The notes beneath the pieces are model-generated. The model did no database searches. It worked only from the letters and a program-made list of their open reading frames with translations, and was not told the origin of the DNA. A stretch of 63,183 nucleotides of DNA, counting the filler, from Chiloscyllium plagiosum (lineage: Eukaryota), in assembly GCF_004010195.1 (NCBI RefSeq). It is 6 parts of 6 records of this genome, joined end to end, with 100 filler letters (N's around TTAATTAATTAA, not from the genome) between each part and the next. Parts side by side here need not be neighbours in the genome. Positions count along the whole stretch, not along the records: positions 18,255 to 48,809 come from NC_057753.1; 5 more parts are not named here. One strand, given 5' to 3'. The position numbers and the translations under genes are program-made. The number at the start of each line of letters is the position of its first letter. The stretch's first letter is position 1. Shown here piece by piece: positions 26,750-41,037 of the stretch.

Positions 26750-27400
26750 TCAAATTGCTCTCCCGCAGACAAGCCCTGCCTGTTCAGTCTCTCCTCATGA
26801 CTTTCATGCCAACTAACATCCTGGCGAATCTCGGTATACCTCCTGTCAACTGTTTTGAGATCCTTTTTGCAGTGTGACAACCAGAACTGAACACAATATT
26901 CTATCTCTGATCTAAGTAATTTCTCTTCTAAAGCTGTAGCAATACTTAGGTTCTCCTATTGTTCTACGCCTTGGTCTTTGAGGGCAAGCGTCCCATATTC
27001 CTTGTTTACCACTGCAAATGTCCATGCAACTTCAGTGATCTATAGACGTATATACCAAGCTCCCTGTGTTCCTCAGTGTTACCTCGGGTTGCATGATTCG
27101 TGATACATGTCTTTCCATTTTGCAATCTCCCGAAATGCATCAAGTCCCATTACTTAGAATTAAATTTCATCTGTCACTGTTCCACCCGATTTCCCAGATT
27201 ATCAATATTAGACTCTGCTCCGAGACAGTTCTGCTCACTACCAACGACATCAACAATTGTCGAGTCATCCAAAAACAATCTAATTAGTGCTTCTATGTTC
27301 ATATTCAATCATTAACGCATACGATCAGTAAAGATCCCAGCATGGATATAGGATCCCTAAACAGACTGTCATAAATAAAAAGGCCATTGACAACGCTCAA
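26750..27400 (-). mobile_element. Old, highly diverged CR1 fragment
   Basis: CCAGAACTGAACACAATATTC and related blocks resemble the younger CR1 copies in the window. Confidence 0.6.
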
Positions 27401-27622
27401 GGCCGGTCAATGAGCACTGCAGCCCGCAGAATCATCACAAACAGTACCATTCCCAACCGAAAGTGCTCTTTGAGACAACTGAACAGTTTTTATTCCCCAC
27501 AAGCAATCCTGCTTTGCATTGTTTTATCTGCTTAGTTTCAGAGATGATATTACACACCTCTGGAGCAGACAGAGCTGAACTCAGGCCTCAACATCCCAGA
27601 GATAGGGACACTATCACTGTAC

Positions 27623-27836
27623 CGAAAAATGTGTTGCTAGAAAAGTGCAACAGGTCAGGCAGCATCCAAGGAGCAGGAGAATCAACGTTTCGGGCATAAG
27701 CCCTTCTTCAGGAATTCTGGGGTTATTTCCGAAACGTCGATTCTCCTGCTCCTTGGATGCTGCCTGACCTGCTGCGCTTTTCCAGCAACACATTTTTCGG
27801 CACTTATCTCCAGCATCTGCAGTCCTTACTTTCTCT
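27623..27836. mobile_element. Short hairpin (fold-back) insertion with 14-bp target-site duplication, probably Penelope terminal-repeat derived
   Basis: Inverted arms span ~27622-27800; CACTATCACTGTAC is duplicated at 27609-27622 and 27837-27850. Confidence 0.8.
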
Positions 27837-30800
27837 CACTATCACTGTACTGCAAGGCTCTAAATATATTTTGTCTATGTTTTCGAATCAACCTGTTCAG
27901 TTATGCTATTGCCCACATTCAAAAGAATTATTTTTTGCACCCGAGCCTTCTGGTTCAGAGGTACCTATTTGAATACGTTAATTTAAATCTACAGAGATAT
28001 GATTAAACACCAGCAGGTGGAATTTGAAACGAGGAATTGAATCGATTTGAACCCACAGCTTTTGTGCGACAAGAGCGTGATACTTTACACATTCATTTCA
28101 ACTTATTCAATCAAGCTATTCAAAGATGCTAATCTGCACCTCTGGAGCAGGTGGGACTTCAACTAGGACCTGCTGGTTTCGAGATATCTCTTCACATTGT
28201 TGTAGGAATTTCCTCATTAAACTGTTCACAGGTATTATGACAAACCCCTTGAGCAAATTGGACTTGGCCTCTGAGCTTCCTGATTCAAAGGCATGAACAC
28301 TGGCACTTCACAACAAGAGCGCTCATTCTTTACAATTGTTTGGACAATGGTGGGGCGGGGAGGGGGAGAGGATCCTGAATATTCCGGAGGAGGCCTGTAA
28401 GCTCTTTTGCATTGAATGTGTTTCTTCCAAATTAAAAGAAGTGGTGAGCTGGTGTGCGTGTATAATCATGTACTAGCTGAAAAAAACATTCTATTCACGC
28501 GCACTTCCCGCTGCCACATTGCAATACATACCACGCATAGATATTTGGACGGAACGTACTGTCAGCTCTAAGAAAGTTGCTTGTTTAATGCAGAAAGGGC
28601 ATGAAGGAGAAAGCGACAGACTTGAGAGATAGAGCGAGAGGAGATTGATCGTAGATGGGTACTGAGAGGGTGGGTGAAAACTCGAGGTATGGTTTAAAGG
28701 ATGGCAAGCAATGAGAAAAAGGTGGAGAGAGTCAGAGGGAAACAGTGAAAACTGGAGGTCGAAAGGAAAAACTGTGCTGGTGTGCAAAAGAGACAGTGTG
28801 AGCGAGAAGGAGAGAGAGAGAGAGAGAGACAGTTAGTGAGAAAGAAAGCATGGAAAGAGTAGGAACCATATACTTCTGAGTCTTACTTTTGTAAGTTAAA
28901 ACAAATTTGCGCCATTCTTTCCTCCATGGTAATTGCTTGGTTTTGGATGCAGCCAACAATGTAGTGTCTCCTCGATAATCTATTTTAACAACACAGAATC
29001 TGCTTCTGAACTCTCAAGTAACTTTTCTTTGCCCAGTTCAAGAACAGTTTATTTTATTTATAAATTAAGAATTTCCATTTTGTTCCATTCATTATGTTTC
29101 ACTCACCCACTTATAATTGCAAGTAATGTCTTTAAATCCTTCAGGCCTATTTGGAAATAAGATCACAGTCTCGCAGATAATATTAATTCGAGGGTGAAGC
29201 CAAAACGTATTTTCAGACACATCTGTCACCAGTTCTAAGATATCAAAGATGCAATAGTCTGAAATCCAAGGAATGCAGATTTGGGATTTTCGGAAGAGGT
29301 TGGCGAAATTTCCATAGAAAAATAATAATGGGGCAGCATTGAAGGTGATTAAGCACCATCAATAACATTTCAAAGTTGAAGTTAATCTCGACAAGAATCG
29401 CGTAGTCAATGAAGGAAATACGCAACAAATGACGTGGGATACAACAGGGAGTGTACGGGCATTCAAATGTGGTTTACAAATCGGAGACTATTGGAAGAAT
29501 CTGGTGAAATATTTTTAAACACGGTATGAAGCGTTCACACTACAGGAGCCGAGGACAGGGAGAAGAGAAGACAGAGGTTGAAATTCAATTTGTAATGAAT
29601 CTTGTGATGACAGGTATTTGGAATTGATAGACGTTTCGATCAGTAATGGAATGGAAAAAGGCAAGAAAATGGAGTTGAGAATCAACAGTGGCTACATTGA
29701 ATAACCGGAGCAGACTGGAAGAGCTAATAATCTACCTCTGTTGCTGCATCTGATCTTCTTGGCGTTAATATTAGCACTCTGAACATCCATCGTATTTGGA
29801 TAAAGTTTGTGTACCTAATATTAAATATTTCCTCGTGATTCTCACTTTAAAACATATTGGGGATGCATTTTAATTGTTTCGACAGCCTTTTTTCTCCTGA
29901 GAACCAAGTAACAGAATAGTTAATACGGTACATTTCCAAACATGTCTCACTGTTGTAAAGTGACAAGAAACATGTGCCGAAGGATGCACGAAATCTACAG
30001 ATGTGATGCTTTGTATCCACTTTTTTGGATTGGCTGGTTAAGACAGCTTCATTTCGGCACTGGAATGGGTGAGACTGTCAGTCAATTTTAAGAATTCACA
30101 CTTGATCTAGCTCACATAGGCCATAAAGCCAAAAACTGAACAATTACAGTTAGTTTAATCAATGAACATTTGCAACATCAGCATGGAAACTGTCACTTCA
30201 CATTTTATTCCAGAAACTCCAAATTGGCGGAAAGATCACCAAATATATTGCTGAAAATGTTACACCACTTCATTCAAGATAGGGAGAATTACATAACCAG
30301 ATATAACGACAGAAAACTCGCAATAATATCCATAACGTTTTTACACATCTTGGAACTGTTGTAATACATATCTATTCCTGATTATTTTTCGGTGTTTGCC
30401 ATGAGACGGACATTTCTGTCAACACAATGAACAATTTCATTAAAAGGAGTTGGCCAAAACAGACAGCAACCATTGTGTGTGAAATCATCTGCAGCGACTT
30501 AGAAGACATTACTACATTCTTCCAAGTAGATAGGAGTAAGAGAACGGAAGAGTAAGAGTAAGTGGCAACTAGAAATCCTCAGTGGAATGGAAGCAAATTC
30601 ATCACTGTGAGCAAGCATCAAGTAATGGTAGCGGATTGGGAAAAACTATGAAATACCAATATCAGCCAAAAATTTCTCTTGGGCCAGAGCACTGGAGGAA
30701 AGTCACGCAGACATACTACGACGCGGAAACTCCACACAGTTTGTCACCCAATCTGGAATCAAAACAAGTTCCCTGGTGCTCTGAGTTAGCATTGCTAACC

Positions 30801-33239
30801 ATTGATCCCATTGAGTCTGCACGAACCTGGAGAACATTCCATCCAAATCCACCCACACCTTGTCACCAAACAGTATTTTTCTTTTAAATATTGCTAACCA
30901 ATCTAACCTGCACACGACACGAAAATTTTCTGCATGGCAAATCTACTTAACATGCAGATATTTAGATAGCATAGAAATGCTCATAGACACCGGGAGGCTT
31001 ACAAACTCCAAACAGACGCTTGTCTAAGCCAGGAATCCAACTCGGGTCCCCGGTGCAGTGTGGCATCAAATATTTCACCCGACACTCTTGGCACGGGGAC
31101 TCAGTAGTTCAGTGGTGAGCACCGTTGCCTCACAGTATCAGGAAATTAGTTCCTATTCCTCGGGCGAGTATCTATGTGAAATTTGCGCGTTCTCCACATG
31201 TCGACGTAGATTTCCTCGCACAGTCCAGAGATTTGCAGATTGGGTGAATTAGCCATGTCATTTGCCCATAGCGTCAAAGAATGTGCAGCTTAGTTGGGGT
31301 TCAGTGGCAAGTAAAATGAGCTACTGTTATAACAAATCATTCACTCTCCACATAATTTGCCCATATAAATAGGAATATGCAACATTATAATTTTGACCTT
31401 GTTCATTCTGTAAATATTAATCTGAATATGCTACAAATGATTGCATCCCGTCAGTTACTGTCATTTTCTTTAAAGCTGATCGACTCTACCTTCTGGTAAT
31501 TGAACATGAGAAGGAGGTAAAGCTACCAAAATTAAGCATGAGTTTCATCGATGAACAATTGGAGTTATGTGTAAGTCTTTGACGTAGAAGACAATTCTAC
31601 ACCTCCATACGTATACTATGAGAAACAACAACAATTGTGAAATCTGCACAAACAACGGACTCAGCAAAGTATTGTTCTTTTGACAGTTGATGAAATGCGT
31701 CCTCATGAATTTTACATTCTGATCTCATCCACAGCCGAGATTAACGCAGAGAAGACGGCTGTCCTGCTCTTATCCTGCAGAAATTTACGTCGGCTGGACG
31801 ACTAACTACGCACTTTCAGATCCAGGGTACTACAGCCCAGTGGACCGCAGGAGAGAAAATGTTCTAGTTCCAATACTAGTAGACTAAGACTCACTGCAGC
31901 AGCGCGATACAGGGGAACCAGCTACTCCTCTTTCGCCCGACACGGCCTTCAGCTGCAAATTAATTAAAATTCAAAATAATTCCGATGGCAAAACCAACGT
32001 TAGTTAATGTTTGACATGTTCTAATTTACAGCTTTAAGTCCTGTTCATTATCTGAGCTGTCTACAGAATAGTTTCCTGGAGATGTATTTAACCTTTTACG
32101 CCAAAATCTGAGCAACTGTGTCTGATGTGCATATTCTGAAAATCTCATGAATGGTTCACTGGCATTACTAGAGCAAGACAGAATTGTTGAAGTGGCTTTG
32201 ATAATTGCAAATCATGCAGAAACAAAATCTGAAGACTTCCATACCGGTATTTTGCAAAGATTATTTTACACTTGATTCAATTATGCATACTATCCAGTGT
32301 GATATGTGAGCAGTGCAATACGACTGGTGCCCAACGTTTTACGTCCTTTACTGTTGTTTTAATCATTTACTCCTAGATGATCTACAAATCAAGATTTCAC
32401 ACGTGTGTTGATGGCACCTGGCTCTGCCTGAACAGCTTTTATTTTGAATCGGCGGCTTCTCTCTGAATAATGCTTGTATGATACTATGAGTGGACGAGCA
32501 GGAGCTCCAACAATGAAACAGTACAGAGACCACCAAAACCAATGTTTTCTGTTCCTGCCAAAACATTAGTTTCAGAATTCCCTAATCCACTCTTCTCTTT
32601 GGCCATTGTCCGATGCAAAACCAGGATTCAGAGTATCAGTATCCCAATGGAAACCGAGCTTTCTCCAAGCATTATTGACTCCACTACAACGACTGGTTTC
32701 TTGCCACTTTGAAATTTCAGTCGACTCTCTCTGCTCACAAGTTGCTGAAAATGTTATTATTTCCTTTGTTACATGTCAATGTGACGACTGAATCTGTCTC
32801 CTTGAATAACTCCGATCATCTTGCACGTTCAAAATATTTCTTCAATTTTCGTCCTTCGACATCATTCGTAGGACTTCCATATTTACAGCCATCAAAATGT
32901 ACACTGAAGTGGCAGAATGAGAACGTGATTAGACTATTAATCCAGATATCCAGGTTGGTGAACTCAGTTGATATCGCACCACAGTTGCTGCTGGAATTGA
33001 AAGTTCATTAACAAATCTGGAATTGCTCTTAGCAATAGCGACCATGGGACCATATCTTAAAAAAAACACTGGTTCATTAAGATCCCACTTCATTAAACAA
33101 AATCTCCTCGGCCTTATACAAACTGCGCAGGCATTTTCTAAAGTTGTTCTCGAATTGCCACATGAGCCATCCAAATAGTGGGCAATTAGAGTTTGGCGAA
33201 AAGTGCTGATGTCTCCATTTTGTGAACAAAACAGAATTG

Positions 33240-33549
33240 GATGGCACGGTGATTCCGTGGTTAGCACTGCTGCCTTACAGCACCAGGGACCTGGGTTTGA
33301 TTCCCCCCTCGGTCAACTGTCTGTGTGGAGTTTGCACATTCTCCCTGTGTCTGCGTGGCTTTCCTTCGCGTGCTCTGGTTTCCTCCCACAATCCAAAGAT
33401 GTGCAGGTCAGGTGAATTGGCCATGCTACATTGCCCACAGTGTTAGGTGCATTAGTTAGGGTTAAATGTAGGGGAGTGAGTTTGGGTGGGTTACTGTTCA
33501 GAGGGGCGGTGAGGGCATGTTGGGCCCTCCGCACAGAATTTAATCTAAC
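33240..33549 (+). mobile_element. HE1-like V-SINE
   Basis: Head, V-domain and tail; moderately diverged. Confidence 0.88.
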
Positions 33550-33818
33550 TTGGAAGACGTTCTTGTTGTCCTGTAATACTGGTGTCTTCTGTATCCCACT
33601 TTTCTACTGTCTGATTGATGGCAGTCAATGGCAGTTACGTCAACAACAATAAAAGATTATACGCGTTTCCATGTTTTTAATATGCCTGCTGATCCAATTG
33701 TTGTCACAATCGTTGAGTTTCATGCTCATCTCATGGGGGACACAAGATTTTTGATTAATCTCTACTGCTAATACTTCGTATGCACGATGTCAAGATGAAA
33801 GAATGTCCTGGAGAATGT

Positions 33819-33969
33819 GGGCGGCACTGCTGCCTCACAGCGCCTGAGACCCGGGTTCAATTCCCGCCTCAGGCGACTGACTGTGTGGAGTTTGCAAATT
33901 CTCTCCGTGTCTGCGNNNNNNNNNTAATCTAATCTAATCTAATCTAATCTAATCTAAATCTAATCTAAT
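33819..33969 (+). mobile_element. HE1-like V-SINE, partial (N gap)
   Basis: Head and V-domain start, gap, then (TAATC)n tail. Confidence 0.85.
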
Positions 33970-34876
33970 CGAAAGCTCTGGCACAGGTTAATGGATTGAT
34001 TGGCAAGCTGCAGTCCAGGTGGATCGTTCAGAAAGCTCAGCGTTGTGAGTGGAGAGGATAACAAATCTTTGCATAATAAGTCACAGCGACAATCCGTTAT
34101 TGCAAGTGTCAGATTTTGCATGGGATTTTGTTGGTTAAAAGTCTCCAATACAAGGTTTGATTTATAGAATGCAAAAAAGGAATGCAAAGAGTTAGCTTAT
34201 TACAGATGAGATAATCTGTTAACTCAGGGAAGTGCACACCTGTAATTATGTAAGAGAATACACCCTCACTAACCAAATTTGCGCAATACATGCCTGACCT
34301 GCCCACAGTCACGCAAAGGTGTCTGAGAATTATTGTGGCAGCAATTCACACTCTGTCCAATGGAACGTAAAAACGTTTATGCTCATGGTAACACGATGAT
34401 TTTGGCGAACATTTCTTTCTGAGATGTATTATCTGTCCATCCCGGATGGTGTCTTAATAAGTAGACAAGAGTCGGCTTGATGAAATGTTGTACCTGCTAA
34501 TGCTGGAGCATCCCTCTGTGATTGGGGGAAAAGCTGCTGTTGAATAAGTGTGCATATATCTTTCCTGGTGGCTGGTTTAGAAAGGGAGAGATTTGGAAAC
34601 ATAGGATGTGTCACCTATGTACACAGACAATATTTCTCTGAGTGGGAGAACCGCAGAACATACATAAAATTTCTGCTCTACGTTACACGATCCGAACCCT
34701 ACCGTTCTAACACCATAAGGATACATTTTTTACACTATTATGGACATCGTGTCAATCAGTATCAGGATGACAAAATTAACAGCTGTGTTTTCAAGAATGG
34801 TAAGTTGAAATTTTGCACCACCAAACCTGTGATCGCCAGTTTCATTTCGTCACTCCTATGTCGTATTCTGCTTTCT

Positions 34877-35197
34877 AGATTAGATTAGATTAGATTACTT
34901 ACAGTGTAGAAACAGGCCCTTCGGCCCAACAAGTCCACACCGCCCCGCCGAAGCGCAACCCACCCATATCCCTACATTTACCCCTTACCTAACTCTGCGG
35001 GCAATTTAGCATGTCCAATTCACCTGACCTGCACATCTTTGGACTGTGGGAGGAAACCGGAGCACCCGGAGGAAACCCACGCAGACACGGGGAGAACGTG
35101 CAAACTCCACACAGTCAGTCGCCTGAGGCGGGTATTGAACCCTGGTCTCTGGCGCTGTGAGGCAGCAGTGCTAACCACTGTGCCACCGTGCCGCCCA
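34877..35197 (-). mobile_element. HE1-like V-SINE
   Basis: Reverse complement of the full-length unit with (AGATT)n tail. Confidence 0.93.
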
Positions 35198-35254
35198 CTA
35201 CATGAAAAAAATTACAGCAACAACTACCAATTCCTTCTCGAAATCTTGAGGACG

Positions 35255-37300
35255 TCCTTTAAGTATATTAAAGGAAAAATAACACCTAGAGAGAATAGAA
35301 CCCTTCATGGACCAAAGTGGACATGTATGTGCAGAATTGCAGGAATGAGCGAGGTTTTCAATGAATATTTCTCCTCTGTGATCACCATGGAGGAAGACGT
35401 GAAGAAATTAGAAACTTAGAGAGGATGGCGTGATGGCTTGGGGACAGTCTCTATCGCATGAAGATAAATCTCCTGGTCCTGACCAGATATATCCAAAAAT
35501 ATTGCAAGGAGCTAGAGAAGAAATTTCAGTGAACCCGACTGATATTTCTGCGCCATTGGTAGCCACGGGTGAAGACTGGAGTGTAGCGAATTTGGGCCCA
35601 TTATTGCAGATGAGCTGCAAAGAGATGGGTAAAAATAAGCTCAACATCTGAGTTGGGTAAGTTACTTGAGAAGATTCGGAGAGATAAGATGCACATGCCG
35701 TGGGAAACACAGGATTTGAATAGCTGTCAGCATGGTTTTGCGCGTGAGAGATCATGCTTCACAAATATGCTAGAGTTCTTTGATGAAGTGAACAGGAAGG
35801 TTGACAAAGGCAATGCGGTTTACGATGGCACATGATGGGCGGCACGGTGGCACATGGGTTAGCACTGCTGCCTCACAGCGCCAGAGACCCGGGTTCAATT
35901 CCCGACTCAGGCGACTGACTGTGTGGAGTTTGCACATTCTCCCCGTGTCTGCCCGGGTTTCCTCCGGGTGCTCCGGTTACCTCCCATAGTCCAAAGATGT
36001 GCAGGTCAGGTGAATTGGCCATGCTAAATTGCCTGTAGTGTTAGGTAAAGGGGTAAATGTAGGGGAATGGGTGGGTAGTGCTTCGGCAGGTCGGTGTGGA
36101 CTTGTTGACCGAAGGGCCTGTTTCCATACTGTAAGTAATCTAAATCTACATGGATTTCAATATCGCATTTGATACGTTTCCATATGTTAGGCTACTCTGG
36201 TAGATTAGATGGAATTCGCATGGAATTCAGGGTAAGTTGGAAAATATCGACACAAACTTGGCTTAATGGTAGGAAGCAGAGGGTAATAGTGTCAGGATGC
36301 TTGTCGGAGTGGAAGCCTGTGAGTAGTGGAATACCTCAAGGCTCGGTACCGGGCCCATTGCTATGCCTTATCTATATCCATGATTTGGATGAGAATGTAC
36401 AAGACATGAGTGATACATTTGCTGATTGCACTGAAATAGGTGTGGACAGGAGTGCATCGAAAATTGCAGCAAGACCTTGATCAGCTGGGAAGGTCGGACG
36501 TGAAATGGAGTTTAACCTTGATAATTGTGATCGTGTATTTCAGAAAGTCAAAAGAGGGAAGGAGCTTCATGGTGAATGATAGGGCCTTAAGGAGTGAAGT
36601 GGAACAGAGGGATCTTGGAGTTCAGGTTCACAGTTCTGTGAAAATGGAGTCACAGATAGACCGGACGTGAAAAAGGCTTTTGGCACACTGACATTCGTCA
36701 ATCAAGGCATTGAGTATAGAAGTCATGAGGTTATGTTGCAGATATGCAGGTCGTTGGTGAGGCCACACTTGGAGTATTGTGTTCAATTTTTAAAAACTTT
36801 TTGTAGGAAGGAAAAAGGTCAGAAGTCATTTACAAGGATGTTTCAAGGACTCAAGAGTCTGAACGAAAGGAAGGGTTGGACAAGCTAGGCTTTTTCTTCT
36901 TTCCAGCGAAGGAGACCCAGGAGGGATGTTATAGAGTTGCATATAATCATGCGAGGCATAGATAGGGTGAATGCACGCAGTCATTTCCTCGGGATTGGGG
37001 AATGGAGGACTAGAGAGTATCAGTTTAAGATTGGGGGGAAAGTATGAAAAGGAACCAGAGGGAGAACTTTTTCTTTAACGCACAGAGTGGATGTTTATGG
37101 AATGAGATGCCAATGGAAGTGATGGAGGCGGGTACGTTATGAATATTTGAAATGTGTATGTTTAAATACATGGTTAGGAAAGGATTCGAAAGATGTGGGC
37201 CAAGTGCAGAGAAATGGGGTATTTGTGGATGGAACCTTTGCTCGGCATAGGACATTTTGGACCAAAGGGCCTGTTTACGTGCTGTAGGACTCTATGACTC
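35255..37300 (+). mobile_element. CR1 LINE, decayed ORF2 3' half, interrupted by a SINE
   Basis: KSPGPDQIYP, QHGF..RSC.TNMLEFF, SGIPQGSV.GPLL, LVRPHLEYCVQF motifs. Confidence 0.9.
35836..36148 (+). mobile_element. HE1-like V-SINE nested in CR1
   Basis: Full head, V-domain and tail. Confidence 0.9.
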
Positions 37301-39532
37301 TCAGTACAGGATGACCCAGAAATCTACGAGTTAGAAGAAGATATATTGGCAAGTGTTAATGAGCATTCATTTCTCGTCTCTGGTTGCTCTTTAGAATGTG
37401 GTGGTGAACATCTTCTTTGAATTGTTGCAGTGCCTTTGGTGAAGATACACCACAATATCTTTCAGGAGCACGTTCCAGAATTTTCCCTCAGTGACGTCAG
37501 AGGAATTGTAATTGATTTGTCAGTGTCGATGGTGACTGCTGTGGAAGGGAACTTGCAGTTGGTGATGTGCAAGTGCAACTGAAGCCATTGTCATTCTCCA
37601 TGGAAGTCGAACCAGATAGGAAGTTACTGTTTAAAGTTACTGTTAAAATTTGCACCTTGTTGAATTTCTGTCGTGCGGTTTGCACATTGTTCTTATGGAG
37701 TACCATGAAAGAAATGGCAAATGGTGGTGTATTTGCTGCCAATCAAACGACCTGTTTTCTCTGGATGGTGTTAAACCCTCGCGAGTTGTCAGAGTTGACT
37801 GACCCAGGCAAATCAAGAATCATCTGAAGGCCGTCGAGATTGGCCATGCACGAGGCACTTCATATAATAACAGAATTCTGACAGATCAAAAAAGGCCATT
37901 CGGCCCATCATGTCTGCACACACTGCACACAGTTCCACTGTCTACCACATCGTTGCAATACAGCAGTGGAGCTTTTGCCAAAACCAACCCTCCTAGCATG
38001 CAGTTCAGTGGACACTGTTGGACATCGTGATATTGGCAACGTAATGAGCCTGCACATCTTTGGACTGTTGGGGGAATCTACAGCCACAAGGATAACGTAC
38101 AATCTCGACACAGACAGTCGCCGAAATCGAACCCAGATAGTTATCCCTGAATTGAATTTCATTGAATTGAACTGAATTAGCATTACTATCACATGTTCTC
38201 AACCGAGAACAATTGTTTGCAAGTCGCCACATAATGGAGACATCTTAGGTATAAGTCACCAAGATACAGATACTTAAGTATTTGTTATTAAATAGAAAGA
38301 AAGGTCTGTCGTATGGATAAGTAGGAAAGTAAAATCATTCCTGTGCTGCTCCTCGCCTTTCTTCATGCATATTTCATTGAACCAGTGTCGAACCCCTTCC
38401 ATTGCTGTTGTTGCAAATTGGCTCTGCCGAGCTATGAGGTTGCAAGTTTGTTGGAGAAAAGCTCTCTGCTGATACTTCTATGTGCCACTGCACTGATGCC
38501 CCGTTTTGTTTTTCGAGATCTGTTCCGAGTCCATCTCGTTTCGCATGACAACTGTACACAATACAATGCAGTTATTCTCACAATGACAATGATTTGTGCT
38601 ATGATAACATGCCTGTGCACTGGTCTTTCTTACCGATAATGTCATGGCGAGGTCCATTTGCAGCAGGCAACTTCGTGAGGACGAGGTCAATTATATTTTT
38701 CCTTCTTGCTGGTCACTCCATTGCGTGCCAACCCAGTTCTCCTTTCAATTCGTGCTCAGCATGGAGGAGTACTGATTTAATTGGTTGATGAGGATCCCTT
38801 GCAAAATGTTGACCTGATGCCGTGAGACTTCATGAACGTCAGAGTCAATGTTCTGTACTGTGAGATAAACTCATACCTAACTGATTTCCTGCGTCACAAA
38901 CTCTGCTGGATATGCCCGAAAAATAGGATATAAATAGCTGAGAGAAGGTGATGGAGGTGTTTGAGACATTTGATTACGTGCATACGGCAATGTCAGGCTC
39001 ATTTCTGACTCGCCTGTGAAACAGTTTCTTCAATCTGGATCTAACCGTCAGATACAACGTCATGCAGATTCCACAGGGATGAATTTTCTGTTGTCGTTCT
39101 TATGCCTTATTTGATGCAATGTATCTGTCTGGCATCAGCTGAGAACATACTGAACATTTTGTGAAACCATTTCGAACTGCAGTTAAAAGTCGATCACGTA
39201 TCTCAGGGTAATCAACAAGGGACATTAAATACTATATTTCCTTTGCGCCCACATTTCTTAACATAAAAAGGAAAACATATTGTCTTCCATTCTAATATCC
39301 CTTATTTCGGTTCAATTTGTAGATCGCCAAAGTGCGTCGAGGAGAAAGACAGCTGAAAGTAGTTAAAGTTTGGTCTTTTTGCAAAGTAAAACATAATAAA
39401 GAGCATCGAAAACTATTCGGGTAACTACCAATGAAAAGGGGCAGAAAACCAAGAAATTGCTTTAAATAACTTAAATCTCTCTTAAAGACAAACTAGTTAT
39501 ATTAAATACAAGGATGATCTTTTCTCATATGT

Positions 39533-39853
39533 GGGCGGCACGGTGGCACAGTGGTTAGCACTGCTGCCTCACAGCGCCAGAGACCCGGATTCAATTCCCA
39601 CCTAGGCGACTGACTGTGTGGAGTTTGCACATTCTCCCCGTGTCTGCGTGGGTTTCCTCCGGGTGCTCCGGTTTCCTCCCACAGTCCACAGATGTGCAGG
39701 TCAGGCGAATTGGCCATGCTAAATTGCCCATAGTGTTAGGTAAGGGGTAAAGGTAGGGGTATGGGTGGGTTGCGCTTCGGCGGGGCGGTGTGGACATGTA
39801 GGGCCGAAGGGCCTGTTTCCACACTGTAATGTAAAGTAATCTAACCTAATCTA
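39533..39853 (+). mobile_element. HE1-like V-SINE
   Basis: Full-length copy. Confidence 0.93.
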
Positions 39854-40039
39854 AACATAAGTGTAGATTACATTTGGGTTTAAATAGTTCTGTTCAATGT
39901 TGTTACATGCTGTTTCAGAAAGAACAAGTCTATTCAAGCGTTTCATAAATCTTGGGGACGGATGCATGATACTGAAATCGGATGTTAGTCATCTTGTCAA
40001 AATGCTCCTGTAAAATTCCGTGGATTTGGTCATGATATG

Positions 40040-40348
40040 ATTAGATTATCTACAGTATTGAAACATGCTCTTTGGCCCACCTAGCCCACACTGACTCTTT
40101 GAAGTGTAACCCACCGCAGACTCATTCTCCTACATTTACCCCTAAAGCTCCGGCAAACTAGCATGGCCAATTCATCTGATTTGCACATCGTTGGACTGTG
40201 GGAGGAACCCGGATCACCGGGAAGAAACCCACGTAGACACGTGGAGCACATGCACACTACGCACAGGCAGTCGCCTAAAGCTGGAATTAACCCAGGTACC
40301 TGGCGCTGTGAGATAGTAGTGCTAACCACTGAACCACCATGTTGCCCA
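40040..40348 (-). mobile_element. HE1-like V-SINE, diverged
   Basis: Reverse complement similarity to the other copies. Confidence 0.85.
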
Positions 40349-40716
40349 AACTACTGAGCCAGCGTGCTGCTCATTAATATGTACGCGAGTCAAGAACAGT
40401 TAACCTGAAAACATTTCCCATTTCATGACAAGTTTTCATATTATTAATTTGTGATTTTTGATATTCAGTGAGATCAAGACAGTCTTTCCCTATTTCTGAT
40501 TGGTTTCTCATTCTATATTTCTTACAATAAGTGAACGAGACATCACTCGTCTAAACATTTACTTCCAGCTTGTGTGGGAACGTGCATCATTGAAGCCAAT
40601 AGACCAGTGCCACGACTATCAGCAACTGCACTTTGTAAAGATAAAATCTCAAAAAAGCGATTGGAACTGCTTGCTTAACTTCTTCTCCTAACATGCACAT
40701 TCAATTCTCCTTCTTT

Positions 40717-41037
40717 AGATTAGATTACATTAGATTACATTACAGTGTGGAAACAGGCCCTTGGCCCAACAAGTCCACACCGACCCGCCGAAGCGCAACC
40801 CACCCATTCCCCTACATTTGCCCCTTACCTAACACTACGGGCAATTTAGCAAGGCCAATTCACCTGAATTGCACATCTTTTGGATTGTGGGAGGAAACCG
40901 GAGCACCCGGAGGAAACCCACCCAGACACGGGGAGAACGTGCAAACTCCACACAGTCAGTCGCCTGAGGCGGGAATTGAACCCGGGTCTCTGGCGCTGCG
41001 AGGCAGCAGTGCTAACCACTGTGCCACCGTGCCACCC
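40717..41037 (-). mobile_element. HE1-like V-SINE
   Basis: Full-length reverse copy. Confidence 0.92.

Noticed and set aside
31880-31945. Collagen-like GERGVAGSP mini-exon on the minus strand
   Set aside because: Only three triplets in frame and no companion collagen exons; probably chance.
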